Origin: Blepharisma stoltei ATCC 30299
Taxonomy: Eukaryota > Protista > Ciliophora
NCBI GenBank assembly: GCA_965603825.1
Contig: CBFDEM010000028.1
Coordinates: 1 to 64,000, forward strand
DNA: 64,000 nt
Reading direction: 5' to 3'
The notes beneath the pieces are model-generated. The model was not told the DNA's origin, ran no database searches, and saw nothing but the letters and a program-made list of their open reading frames with translations. Every line of letters starts with the position of its first letter. The first letter of the stretch is position 1. Of the stretch, positions 35,933-47,528 are shown piece after piece. The translations under genes were made by a program, and so were the position numbers.

Positions 35933-38257
35933 TTATATAACCCTACTGCCAGTCCAGCCTTCAGGGATCTTCATACCACAGCGCTCCATGAATTCTTGCA
36001 TCGAAATGCACGGACCATCAGCCACTTTAATTTTCAATGCCTCATCTAATATCTGTTTTGCATCAGTCCAATTTCCACTCTCAAACGCTTCAAGACCCTT
36101 CTTAAAGATATCTTGGAACTGAGAAGGAATGCTCCTTTGCATCATAACAATGTCATTATCAAACAAAAACAGATGCTCAGGCGTAAACTCCAACCCCTCA
36201 ATATCAATTTCATTCAGGATTATTGGGTCTCCTATTCTTCGCTTTTCCAGCTCAAACTGCCCCTCTGCAACTCTTCGGTGGTCTGGCAATGGGACTTCAT
36301 CTGTCAAATCAAAAGTGTACAGTCCCATAGTCTCACTTAGCTCCTGAATAGTGATATTTCCGATCCTCCTGCATGCACCTTGGCCTTTTTCGTCTAAATT
36401 TCCATAGAATTCTTCTGTGAGCAGCATGGGAACTCTGAATTCGTCAACTGCTGTAAGCAATTTTTTGCATAAATCAATAGAAGGACTTATGTAGCCTGGG
36501 GCAACCTTAATTGCTGACCCAAGAGGTCCTTGAATGATTCAACCTATATGTGCAGTCATCGCAATGTCGACCAAATAATTATCCCCAAATTTGGTCACTA
36601 TTTTGGGATTGGACTTATAAGCCATGATATCAGTGGCTCTATGCAGCTCAGCTGACACTTTAATTAATGATACAAGAGCGTCAGAGGCTTTATTATCAGG
36701 CCAAGTAATTAGAAACACCCCAAGGTCATTGTTGCAAGCAGTCCCGCTCCATCTTGTTGTGCAGGTATGGACGATTCTTGCAATTTTATTTATAAACACC
36801 AGCACTTCTTCTTGTAAACAGTCAATAATGGAGGCAAAATCTTGGACTGTACACAATGAAATTACAGCTCTTTCTTTATTACCAAGCTTGACTAAGTCCA
36901 GCTCAGGCTCAGCAAAGAGTGTCCCCATAACTGCTGAGCCTTTCTGTCCAAATGTCATTTGTAGCAGAGTCCCGATTTTGTTAATGGTTTCTTCTAAAAT
37001 CGACTCTTTTATGTCTGCTTCTGTGACTTCTTCAGAGATTTTTAATGGATCTTCAGCAAGACTTTTTATCACGTTGTGCATCTTTGTGACTGGCTTGATA
37101 ACAATTTTCTGAGTGTCTTGTGCAAATGTAACACTTGCCACTGCTAATATCGCTCCAACGAAAAACGTGATAATGATGTTGTTTTGAGACTGCGACCGAG
37201 AATGCTCACCAGTATCAAATCGTGCGTAAGCTTGAATTTCTTCACAGCCATGTATAGACCTATTATAGCATTGAATTGGTGTATATATAACTAATTCGAG
37301 TTCTTCCACCCTGTGAGAGCAGTCAGAAGGAACTGTTTTGCCTGCACAAGAAGAGACTTCTGTTCATGTTAATCCGTGGCTTACATTCCCAATAAACCCT
37401 TCATTTAGCATATCGGGAATATAAAGTCAAAGTAAAGGATAGCTTGCGTTTGCATACCAGTCAATCATGTAATACCATCCTTCATCAGAAACATAATTTG
37501 TGGTCGTCACAGAGCAGCCAAAAGCTTTTGGATCAGTGCAGCCACTTCTTCCTGTCCAGAACAGTGTTTGAAGTCCAAAATACGGTGCATTGTCTACAGT
37601 TCCTGATTGCAGCAACGGTAGTAGTAAAAGCATTAGCAAGACCCCAATAATAACTCTTCTAGTTGTCACGTCAGACAACTTTTTTCCTAAATACTCAGGG
37701 TCCATTTTGTCTATTTTCGATTCGTCCTCCACATCTTCAAACTTCGTATCAGTCCCCTTTGTAAAATACTTATAAAGCTTCACAATTCTCACAAGTCTCA
37801 CATACCTTATCATCTGAATCGCTCGGTCCGTATAGTCTAATTTCTTTGTATTTCTCACAGGATCGGAGTCAAAATGTGCATCAGCATCATAAAGCGTTAC
37901 TCCGAACAAATTGAAAAATGGGTCTCTGATGCCAGGTATATCCGGAAGTAAAGAAATTGTTGCAACGACGTCCAGCCAGAAGAAAAAGGCAAATTTGTAG
38001 TGGGGGATGAATATGCTGTTCATAAAAATTTCTATGAGAAATAACGCCAGGCAGATTTCATATGTGATAAAAAATATATAATCATTGTCCTTCTTTTTTG
38101 AGCTCAGAGTTCGAATGTCGTCTCCGAACAGCACCCACATTGTGACACAAGCCATGCAGACTGTGACAACTTTTCCGTCTATAATGTCTTCAACTTTTTT
38201 CCTTATCCCTTCTTGGAATTCTCTATAGCTTCCATCATAAGGCGCTACCTTGTTCAT
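35933..38257 (-). CDS. Alveolate-type ion-channel/adenylyl-cyclase fusion with degenerate cyclase domain (774 aa)
   Basis: LFGDDIR, FFFWLDVVAT, S4 RYVRLVRIVKLYK, GKKLSDVTTRRVI, class III cyclase fold (LQEEVLVFINKIARIVH, HIGW), C-terminal TPR; TGA=Trp at 37427, 37364, 36539. Confidence 0.85.
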
Positions 38258-38287
38258 AATTTATAAAATTTATTATTTATTATCAAT

Positions 38288-39088
38288 CTATGACCAAAAG
38301 AACCATAATAAGCTTAATGCTAAGCTGGATGCTGATGAGTAATACACAGTTCGCCCATGCAGACGTTGGGTCTCTCTTATATTCCCTTTACCTTCTGAAA
38401 ATGAGGTATCCTCAACCCATAGTAGAGAAAAATAATTCATTTGAGCGAAGCTGACCATCTGCTCAGTCTCAAAGACGTACCATAAATAAGTCTCGTTGCA
38501 GTCCGGCTTGTTCAAAGAGCCATGATAGAAATAATAATTGTCATAAGGGTCACAAATATCAAGAAGGTTCACTAGAGATGTCGCTGCTAAGGTGTAATTT
38601 GACCCACTCGCAGGGAGTTTGGACAAGCTGATAGCTGCCATAAAGTAATTGTCGTCTCCTGGCCTGATCATGATAGAAACCACTGCTTTTGATGGGAAAC
38701 CAGCTGTATAGTCACTGTCGTCAATTGTATGAAATACTTGGACTTCCATTTGTGAAGGATATCCGTCAAACCAATGCTCGCTTGGCATGTGGAATTCTAT
38801 ATGATCTGTCAAAAATTTCCTGTCGTTTCCTTTTTGGTCAGTAATTGTGATATAACCGTAGTCGCCTGGAAGAGAAATTGTGTTTCCGTCGTTTACAACC
38901 GTTCGTGAGCCCACAATCCCATAGTAGTAGACAAGCATTGAATAAGTGTCTCCAAGCTTGCTGGTATCGCCTTGGTCAATGTTAATGGGTGACTGCTCAC
39001 TTCCTGTTGCGCAAGTCCCTTCCCAATCTTCGCCGTTTTGCTGGTAATTCCAAGAATACACACACAAAGGGAGTAAGAAAAAAATCAT
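38288..39088 (-). CDS. Alpha-carbonic anhydrase-like secreted/GPI-anchored protein, probably acatalytic
   Basis: Signal peptide, WNY..W..C..G..QSPINI, PSEH, YHGSL..PDC, GNIR..Q, hydrophobic C-terminus; Zn-ligand His residues substituted. Confidence 0.85.
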   Translation of the reverse strand: MIFFLLPLCVYSWNYQQNGEDWEGTCATGSEQSPINIDQGDTSKLGDTYSMLVYYYGIVGSRTVVNDGNTISLPGDYGYITITDQKGNDRKFLTDHIEFHMPSEHWFDGYPSQMEVQVFHTIDDSDYTAGFPSKAVVSIMIRPGDDNYFMAAISLSKLPASGSNYTLAATSLVNLLDICDPYDNYYFYHGSLNKPDCNETYLWYVFETEQMVSFAQMNYFSLLWVEDTSFSEGKGNIRETQRLHGRTVYYSSASSLALSLLWFFWS

Positions 39089-39124
39089 TTTAATTTATTA
39101 TTTGTCAGTTTTTGGATTAAAAAA

Positions 39125-40222
39125 TTACAAGTATAAAATTATTTCTCTCATAAGATTTTTGTTTAGGATTTTAAAACAGCTCCTATCAATAGCTCATAAT
39201 GCCCAAATTCTGTTTTGAGATACACTGATTTCATAATAAATTTCTAAAAACTCTTTTCTCTGTTTAGCTGAACAAAACTGCATAAAAATATCATCAATTT
39301 TTTTACCATCTACGTCTAGGCTTAAATTGACTTGCTTATAGTCAAATAGTTCTAGCATATAAGAAAAAAATCTAGTAAGACTAGAAAGTTTGTGAATACT
39401 ATGCTCTTGCAAGATACAGCGGCATATTTTGGTTGCTAATATATGAATAATACTTTCATTTTTTGAATTTATATAAGATAAATTCTGACAATTCATGATC
39501 AAAAATTCGAGTTTTTTTAATTTTTCACAAATAGGAGATGAAGAATTGGGGAAATTCAAATAAGTAGGCAGTGCTCTAGAAATGTCAGAGTAGTCAAGCT
39601 GCTGCATAAATTTTTGCAGCTCTTTAGTGCTTGGAGTGCAGTCATTTTCTTTTAATGCAAACAAAGCTTCATACGAGCAATTTAAAGTGAGCTCAAAATC
39701 ATGGTATCTATGAGGAAAAACCAAAATGTCATCGACTAGAGAGAAATGGTCGTTTAAGTTCGCATATGGAAAACTATCTTTGAAAATGCAGATATGGTCT
39801 TTGTATTTTTCAAAAAAATTATCCACTCCTGAGCTTCTAATGATGAAAAAATCAATTGGAAACCCACTGTATATTTGGTTAATTTTTGCCCATGCATAAT
39901 CAGGAAGTGAGTATCCTTCTATATAGTTTTCGCAGTATTTTTTAATGATTTCTTTACTGACCCTTTGTCCTGATCCAAACTTTAAAGATAAAGCAATTCG
40001 TTTTCTTAGTAATTCTGGTGGAGTATCAAAAAAGCTTTGGCAAGCTAAAATAAGCTGAATATCATAAGGATTTACTGTGGCTTGATAACTTATAGGATGA
40101 ATGTCAGCTATTTGTTGGCTTTGAGTAGTAAAATTATTTCGTCTCCTCTTGCTATTTCTGAAAGGGATTTGTCCTTCATCTTCAGATGATGAACTATTCA
40201 TATAGTGCCTTCTAAAAACCAT
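39125..40222 (-). CDS. Hypothetical protein with degenerate ankyrin-like region and C-terminal SOCS/F-box-like motif
   Basis: ORF extends through TGA at 39194 to TAA at 39125, ending LWAIDRSCFKILNKNLMREIILYL; first ATG at 40222. Confidence 0.65.
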
Positions 40223-40520
40223 ATGAAATATTTTAACCAATTATTCATATTAGCATATCTCAATAAAATCACATAAAGGACTATTGTTTATTATTAAATT
40301 AGTTTCACGCACTAAAATAAAGTAAAACTTTCATGTATCTCTTAGAAGCGTCATAATCCTTGAAATTTCTAATAATTTAATGCAAAATCTTTCATTATTA
40401 GCGATATTGCCTTTACGCTTGCCTATTTTTCTTATTGTCTATCTTCGAGTCTCCAGCTCTTGTTTAATTCAAAATCTTTTGATTTTTATCCCAATTCGTT
40501 AAGTCCCGCTAATTTAAAAA

Positions 40521-41207
40521 ATGTCATCAACTGACTCATTCGGGACAATAGACAGCTCCTCATCTGTTTCCAAAAACGACCTCCTCCACTGGCTCAATGA
40601 CTTCTTCAAGCTTAACATTGCAAAGGTCGAGCATCTTGCCTCAGGCTCTGCATACTGCCAAATCATCGAGTCAATCTATCCTGGGCAAGTTCAAATGCAC
40701 AAAGTTAATTGAAAAGCCAAGCATGAGTACGAATTTATCAACAACTTTAAGGTTTTGCAGCAGGCTTTTACTCGGTGCAGCATTCAGAAGTACATTGAAG
40801 TGGAAAAGCTTGTAAAAGGAAAATTCCAAGACAATCTTGAATTTCTTCAATGGATCAAAAAATTTTTTGACGCACACTATAATGGGGCAAGCTATGAGCC
40901 AGCTCCGAGGCGAAGACCGCCTTCGAGGCAAAGCACCCCAGACACAAAAAGGCCGGTAAAAAAGGTATTGGGAGAGCATAACTCACAAGTCTCTCCAATA
41001 GAGCCGGTTAAGGTAAAGCTAGAAACAGACGAAATGAGGATGACGATCCACACATTGGAAAAGGAAAGGGACTATTATTTTGGCAAGCTGAGGGATATTG
41101 AAAATTTTATACAAAAATACGAAGATCAAGAGCACCCAGTTATAGCTTCAATTCAAAAAATATTGTATGCAGCAGGCGACGATGCTATGGAAATAGATCA
41201 AGCTTAA
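40521..41207 (+). CDS. EB1: Microtubule plus-end binding protein EB1
   Basis: CH domain (GSAYCQI, KVNW(TGA)[16 protein letters not shown]) and EBH motif [16 protein letters not shown]. Confidence 0.95.
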
Positions 41208-41293
41208 GCTTTTTGTTAATTTCTATTATTTCAAGCATTTTAATTTATTATATTTTGACTTTAAAAATATCTTGTTGGTTTTCTTGACATGGA

Positions 41294-41740
41294 CTAATTA
41301 TTGTCCTTGCATTTTTTGATGAGATTTTTGATTCGGTTTATCGACTTTTTTACTTGATCAGAAGCATCAAAAACCAGTTCTGTGGTCTGGTTTGTATTTT
41401 TGAATTGATTAATAGAAGTTACGTCAGTCCCATCTGAAGTGCTCTCATGAAGAGGAGGAAGCTGCTTTTGGGACACTCTTTTTCTCATACTTATAGGAGC
41501 CATTAAATGGCTATGTGCGAGTGTTTCTCTTCTTGTTAACACTGAAGTTCTTTTTAAGTCTTTTTTAATTATCAATTGAGCAGGCATACTTCTTGTCTTT
41601 TGTATATCTCCACTTTCATTATTATGGGGGTCTATTCTAGGCTCAGGACTTTTACTTTTTTGAGATCGCTGAATTGATGGCAGACGAATTACTTCTAGAG
41701 TGCGAAAAGTTGAGCTTTTCTTTATTTTACGGTTTATCAT
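41294..41740 (-). CDS. Hypothetical basic low-complexity protein
   Basis: 148 aa ATG-TAG ORF between AT-rich spacers. Confidence 0.6.
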   Translation of the reverse strand: MINRKIKKSSTFRTLEVIRLPSIQRSQKSKSPEPRIDPHNNESGDIQKTRSMPAQLIIKKDLKRTSVLTRRETLAHSHLMAPISMRKRVSQKQLPPLHESTSDGTDVTSINQFKNTNQTTELVFDASDQVKKSINRIKNLIKKCKDNN

Positions 41741-41981
41741 TTATATCAAAAGTAAATGGATTGCTTGCATATTTATTTTGAGGTGCTACAATATTTTGCA
41801 ATTAGAATCAGTGTGATCAATTAATAACTGTCAAATAATAGCCATTTATGCTAGAAATAAAATTTTTATATGATAAAATATATTTCTCTCAGTCTTGATC
41901 CTATTATTTCTCCATTAAGCAAAATCTCTTCTCTAATAAAGATTTACATTTAAATATTTATCAACAGTTAAATAATCAAAT

Positions 41982-42431
41982 TTACTGAACCATAGGTGAA
42001 TCTACACAATAGTCTGCTGAGCCAGTAATAATCGCGATCTTATTCAGCGTTTCAAACCCCATGCTGTTTTCTTCGTTTCCGCTTTCGAAAAAAGAGTCTT
42101 TATTCCTCTCCGTCTTCAGCCTATCACTGATTTCTAATTTATTTGGACTGCCAGGCTCATTATTTGTATAAGAAGGACAGTTAATTACCGAAATAATTTT
42201 ATTTCCAGCAACGATTGTTGATTTGTGGTATGTTTTGGGAGGGGTCATATCAATAGACTCAGTCCTTGTAGTTGAAGTTCTCAAGGTAGAAGATTTTAGT
42301 TCTCAGATTTCTTCTGGCTTGCCAGAGTTGGTTCGTTTGTGGCTTTCTGGTTTAAGGTTTTGTGTTCTATTTTAAAATCACCGTGCGTTTTTTCGTTGCA
42401 ATCAAGCCTTTATACATTTAAAACATCCCAT
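41982..42431 (-). CDS. Hypothetical protein with MGC (myristoyl/palmitoyl-type) N-terminus
   Basis: MGCFKCIKAW; intron 42367-42381 (GTGATTTTAAAATAG) and 2 TGA=Trp join it to the 41982 ORF. Confidence 0.65.
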
Positions 42432-42535
42432 TATTTTGCACATCAAAATTTATTTTACTCGGCATTTAAATCTTTTATTGCTTAAATATTACTCATATCA
42501 ATTTATATAATTCGAGTTTATTGTTAAGTGCTTTA

Positions 42536-43237
42536 CTACTGAATTTCACTCAAATAGTCTCTTGTCTCATTAGGAGTGAGCACTCTGAACAACTTATCAG
42601 CTCCTACCACAGCGAGCTCTATATTATGCTCGTTCATTTCTCCTTCAAACCCTTCCTTCAGTGTCATAAGTGCTGTATGTATTGCGTCCTCAAGTCCTTG
42701 CTCCTCATTATACCTTCTTTCCAAAAACGACTTCGCATTTGTCATGTTTTTCCCTATCGCGGCTGCTTTCCAGCTAAAATAAGCTCCAGAAGGGTCCACC
42801 TGATAAAGATGCGGCCCTTCATGGTCAAAGCTGGCAAGCAAAATTGAGACTCCAAAAGGTCTGACTCCTCCAGACTGCGTGAATTCTTGCACCACTGTAG
42901 AGAGTTCTTGACAGAGTTGTGAGCTTGGGACAGGTTCGTGATATGTGCTTTTATAACTAATTGCATATTTCCTGGCTTTCTGCATAAGAACTCTGAAATC
43001 AGCTGTAATTCCTGCATAGCTTGCTCCTATATGGTCACTGATGACTGCTGCTTTGGATACGCTTGTTTCGTCGACAAGAATTGAGTTAAATTTTTTCTCA
43101 GTTGCCAAAACCACCCCATCGCGAGCTTTGATACCAAGACAAGTGTCACCGTGCTCAACTGCGACGAGGGCGTACTCAATTTGAGTAAGTTTACCTTGAG
43201 AAGAGAAAGTCGTGAGTGAGAACTTTGAGTTAGCCAT
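42536..43237 (-). CDS. PSMA2: 20S proteasome subunit alpha-2
   Basis: FSLTTFS..GKL.QIEYAL, QEFTQSGGVRPFGVS, DPSGAYFSWKA. Confidence 0.96.
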   Translation of the reverse strand: MANSKFSLTTFSSQGKLTQIEYALVAVEHGDTCLGIKARDGVVLATEKKFNSILVDETSVSKAAVISDHIGASYAGITADFRVLMQKARKYAISYKSTYHEPVPSSQLCQELSTVVQEFTQSGGVRPFGVSILLASFDHEGPHLYQVDPSGAYFSWKAAAIGKNMTNAKSFLERRYNEEQGLEDAIHTALMTLKEGFEGEMNEHNIELAVVGADKLFRVLTPNETRDYLSEIQ

Positions 43238-43295
43238 TTATATAGGTTGATCGGCATGAAATGTAATGCGAATATGACTTATGGAGATTTTATAA

Positions 43296-44409
43296 CTAAA
43301 ATTTTAGAATTTTTATGTCAAGCTTAAGCATGTGTGATTTTTTGAGCCATTTAGCGATGACTTCATTTTCTGAGAGCTTTGAGGACTTGAATTTGATTAA
43401 TGTGTAGTAGTTTGGGGACGAAATTTTAACTGAGCTGACGTTTAGCTCTAAATTTATGTCTCTCATTGAGTTTTCCTCCGGCATTTGGACTTCAATTTTA
43501 ACAAAATCACTATTTAGCACATACGTGTTCTCCTCTACATTGATTTCTGGGGTTTTAAAGTCGTCTTTAGACTCAATTGTATAATTCACTATTTCCTGCC
43601 TATTTCTTACTTCTATCATCACCTTATTAACTTCTTTATTTTCTTCTAATCCAGGTATTTTTATTTCCTGCTCCTGTGTTTCAGTCAAGATTCCCTATTC
43701 TAAATTTACTTTTGCTGAATTCATTATACTCTTCAGGATCCGCCCCAATATCCAGAAAATGGCCTTCAGGCCCTACCTCATCATTAGGGCTTCTATAGCT
43801 GTCTAAAAAAGTAAAATCTCCTCTATCATATAATAGTTCTATTTTTTCTTTCCAGGCCAATCTTCTCAATACGCTAGAAACGATATGAGTTTTAACCAAA
43901 AGATCTTTTAAAGCATGCTCAATAACACGTGAATGTATGTGGGCATCATAATAAATCATAGGCTTCTTGCCTTCTGTTTTTTTAGTCTTTTGTGCAGAAA
44001 AGCTTGCAGGAATGACAACTCAGCTGTCGAGGTCGTTAAGATCGGCAATTGATTTATCTTGCTTGAGGGGAGATAGAATTCTTAATAGAATTTACTTATC
44101 ACTGTGGCAGAAATTTATCAAAACGATTTCTTTTTTACCTTTGGTATAGGTTTTCACACAAAATGAGAATTGGGAATAAACAGCTTTTTTAGCTTTTTCG
44201 ATTTTTGCGTCTTCAATTCCTTCTTTTAAATGGTTTTCAATGAATTTTTTATAATCCTTTTTTTAATTTACCTCTGGATTGTTTTCTGACAATTCGTTTA
44301 GCATGTTCCAAAAGTCTTTGATTTGTTTTTGTGCTCCTGGGTCGTTCATGACTCCTTGTGAAGCTTTATCCATTTGTCTTAGCAAATGACCCATGTCAAT
44401 ATTTTCCAT
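43296..44409 (-). CDS. PIH1D2: PIH1-domain co-chaperone, PIH1D2-like
   Basis: FWNMLNELSENNPE|DYKKFI, PIH1 core (INFCHSDKI, IPASFS, YDAHIH) and CS-type tail (VIAKWLKK..LKL). Introns 44257-44271, 44081-44095 and 43694-43709; TGA at 44020. Confidence 0.72.
43694..43709 (-). other. 16-nt non-canonical GT..GG spliceosomal intron
   Basis: GTAAATTTAGAATAGG on the minus strand; a 3n+1 removal is needed to join the PIH1 and CS domains. Confidence 0.68.
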
Positions 44410-44483
44410 TTTCTATTTATGACTTGACATCTATTAATAATTTGAATTAATTTCAATCAAAATTTTACTATGATTGTAGCCCA

Positions 44484-45494
44484 TTACACCTCAATGAAAA
44501 ATTCTCTTTTAAGAGCTTCTATCTCTTTCGATTTTTTAGCATCAAGCTCTTGAGTCACTTTATTGATTTCTTCTTGCATGTTTATTTTCATTTGTTCCAA
44601 GACTTGCTTCATTATCCCGCCTTGGTCTTCAAGTTCTTTCATCTGCAGCTTATAATTGACAGTGATGTCTGAAATTTTATTGACCTTTTCAGCTAAATAT
44701 TTTTCCATGATTTCTTCAAGCCTTCTTTCAAGATCATTAGAACAGCTTGGACTATTAAAAAACCCAGAATAGTCGGTATCTTCATTGTCCTGCTCATCAG
44801 GCTCGGTCCTGATATACCTATCAATACTTTCCGTTGTCGATAAATTCGCAGGACTATCTGTTTTTAAAGATGTATTGAGATCATTTGAATATTTTCTATA
44901 TGATAGGTTCAATATATTGTGCTTGGATTTTCTTGAAGCCAAACGGACTTCCAAATCATTATTCTGAGACTTTAGGTCGCTGAGGGCTTTGGTCGACGTA
45001 CTCTGAGTCAACTTAATTTGGCGATTCAGAATTTTCTTTAGAGTTCTGTTATCTCTTTTTACAGTTGGGGCAAGGCGTCTATTTAGCCTATTTGCTAACT
45101 TTTTTCGATTAAAATCAGTCGCTGCTCTTTTGCTTGTCATTTCTTCACAATCTGTAGTATGGGCCAGCGCATATTTTCCCTGTTGCTTGCTCTCAGTTTC
45201 TCTTTGCAAAGTTTGAAGCACCTGTGGCTTAACCAAAAGCTTATGGATTTTCTGCTGATAGTCATAAAAACGAGGATCATGCTGTAATTCATAGTATTCT
45301 ATAGCTTTACTATACAACCCTATTAATTCGTGTATAGTAGAATGATCCCAGGACTTTTCAAGCTGGATTTCTTTGTCTATGATTTCAAAGGCAAAATCTG
45401 AAGGCAGAGAGCTCTGGAGATTTTCCTTTGGGGAATTTGTAGGAAAAATCAGTTGTTTTTTAGGCTTATTGGATTTCGGGCTGAGGAAATTCAT
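44484..45494 (-). CDS. Hypothetical coiled-coil protein
   Basis: 336 aa ORF; helical LIGLYSKAIEYY region and C-terminal heptads. Confidence 0.75.
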   Translation of the reverse strand: MNFLSPKSNKPKKQLIFPTNSPKENLQSSLPSDFAFEIIDKEIQLEKSWDHSTIHELIGLYSKAIEYYELQHDPRFYDYQQKIHKLLVKPQVLQTLQRETESKQQGKYALAHTTDCEEMTSKRAATDFNRKKLANRLNRRLAPTVKRDNRTLKKILNRQIKLTQSTSTKALSDLKSQNNDLEVRLASRKSKHNILNLSYRKYSNDLNTSLKTDSPANLSTTESIDRYIRTEPDEQDNEDTDYSGFFNSPSCSNDLERRLEEIMEKYLAEKVNKISDITVNYKLQMKELEDQGGIMKQVLEQMKINMQEEINKVTQELDAKKSKEIEALKREFFIEV

Positions 45495-45690
45495 TTATTA
45501 TTTTCAAATGTTTCCCATAACTGGAATAGATAAAATAAGAATACCAAGGCAAAATAGTTTTAAGGAAAAAATCATATATAAAACTTGAATAATATTAAAA
45601 AAATATTTTGTCCAATCATTTCTTATGCTAAAATTAAAATGCTAACTCTTTAATATATTATATGCATTTCCCACTGTTTATATCTTAGTC

Positions 45691-46431
45691 TTATTGCTTA
45701 GCTTGTTTATCTACGCTAAATTTTTTCAGCTCTTCTTCAGTGAGATTGCTTCTCAGTTCTTGAATGACTTCTAGAAACCCTTCAGAATAATCTATTTTTT
45801 TGGCTCCTCTTTCATAAAATCTTGATGCCCATTTCCAGTCTTTTAGCTGCACACAAGCATTTATTCCCATAATGTAGGTTAACTCATTCTTCAATGTGAT
45901 GTTTGAAACTTCGACAACTTTAAAAGCATTTCTGAGAGGTTCCCACAAACTTTTATCATGCAATGCTTTCTATGTTATTCTTACGAAAAAATTATTTGTG
46001 GATTGAAGTCTTGGGTAAAAGAGAATTTTGTGATGATATAAAAAGAACTATATTAATCTTACATCTGAAGCATCGGCTGGTGCATCAATATTTATCATGG
46101 CTTGAGAAAGCATTTCAATTGTATTGGTATCAGGCCATCTGTGGTGCCCACAATAAGTCCAAAAAGCAGATTGCAGCACTTTAGCGTCTTCAGGCTTATT
46201 TGCTCTGGCTAGAAATTACAAGATAGCGAGTTTTCTTAAATTAGGAAGGCCAATTATTTTCCTATTTGCCACGCTCTTATGATTTCCAGCATGGGCCATA
46301 ATATAGTCAAAGAATGCAGCTACATCTGTGATAGCCCTATCAGAGTCTTCGCGATTTAATTGAGGTAGCTTCCTTTTGGGATCAAACTTAATAAAATCAT
46401 GAAGAGTTGTTGCAAACGCTCTGCGTATCAT
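45691..46431 (-). CDS. Putative mitochondrial helical-repeat protein (231 aa)
   Basis: Presequence-like MIRRAFATT; three 15-nt introns (46205-46219, 46048-46062, 45970-45984) give one open frame. Confidence 0.72.
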
Positions 46432-46704
46432 ATTTATGAGAAAACCATAAGCCTAAAGTTTTACTTAAATTAAAGATTAAAATGTAAGCAGCGATATCAA
46501 AAATATTGGTATAATTATATAAAAATATTCTTAATTAATAAGTTCATGCTCAAATAACCCGATTTTATAATTTAAATATTTTTGGCTTTATTGCTCACAC
46601 TGTTCAATTGGAGAAAGCTACATAAAAAGTAATTTTTATTTGGTAAAAATAGGCTGCTAAAGATAACCCAAAAATACTAAAAATTTCATTAAAATAGATT
46701 TAAA

Positions 46705-47238
46705 ATGGGTAGCAGTCACACAAAAGAAACAGAGAGCGAGTTCAAAAAATCACTACATGCTACCAATAGATTGATAAGCCAATTAAATGAGCATAAAGTA
46801 AAAATTCATGAAACCATAATTCATCATTCCAAAACACCGGTACAAATTCCAGATAAAAATCGGCTTAAAGATGAGTTTCTAGGTAAAATCAAAGAAATTG
46901 AAGCAAAAATTGCATTAGAAATGGATGAGCTGTGTATTATAAGTGAAAGCAGCAGTGATACATTCAGTATCCAAGAGTCGATTTTGGCTCCAAGCGATGT
47001 TTTTATTGAAACTCGTGAAGAGTTTTCTATGAAAAGAAGCATACCTGAGACACCTAGCTCTAGCCGTTTGCCTTTGGGAAGTATTCGAAGTATTGTGGAT
47101 GACCCAGATATTAAAGCTATAATTGAAGAAAAACGAAAAATATTAGAAGGAAAGTCGAGCAGAAAAAGCAATTATGAGAGCCAAGAGTTCAAAGAAACTA
47201 CAGTAAGTGAAGACAAAAATCGGCTGATACAATTATAA
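46705..47238 (+). CDS. Hypothetical protein, possibly N-myristoylated
   Basis: 177 aa ORF starting MGSSHT. Confidence 0.65.
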   Translation: MGSSHTKETESEFKKSLHATNRLISQLNEHKVKIHETIIHHSKTPVQIPDKNRLKDEFLGKIKEIEAKIALEMDELCIISESSSDTFSIQESILAPSDVFIETREEFSMKRSIPETPSSSRLPLGSIRSIVDDPDIKAIIEEKRKILEGKSSRKSNYESQEFKETTVSEDKNRLIQL

Positions 47239-47528
47239 ATTTACAATATTAATAACCTTCAGTCGCTTTTTAGGAATTTTAAATTGTATAAATGGTAGAT
47301 TTATTCAAATTTTTTAATATAATTAATAAGTATAAAAAAGGATTTTGGCTATTTATTCTTAATTTCTAAAGATATTTTTTGTAGATAAAGGAAAAAATAC
47401 CTATTTGCAGATATTTGTAATATTGAATTTTTACAATAATTTCAACGATTTTTTCTTTTCTATAAATTATATAAATGCAGAGAAACAAGGAATGATATAT
47501 AACAAATATATTGACTTACATTTATGGA

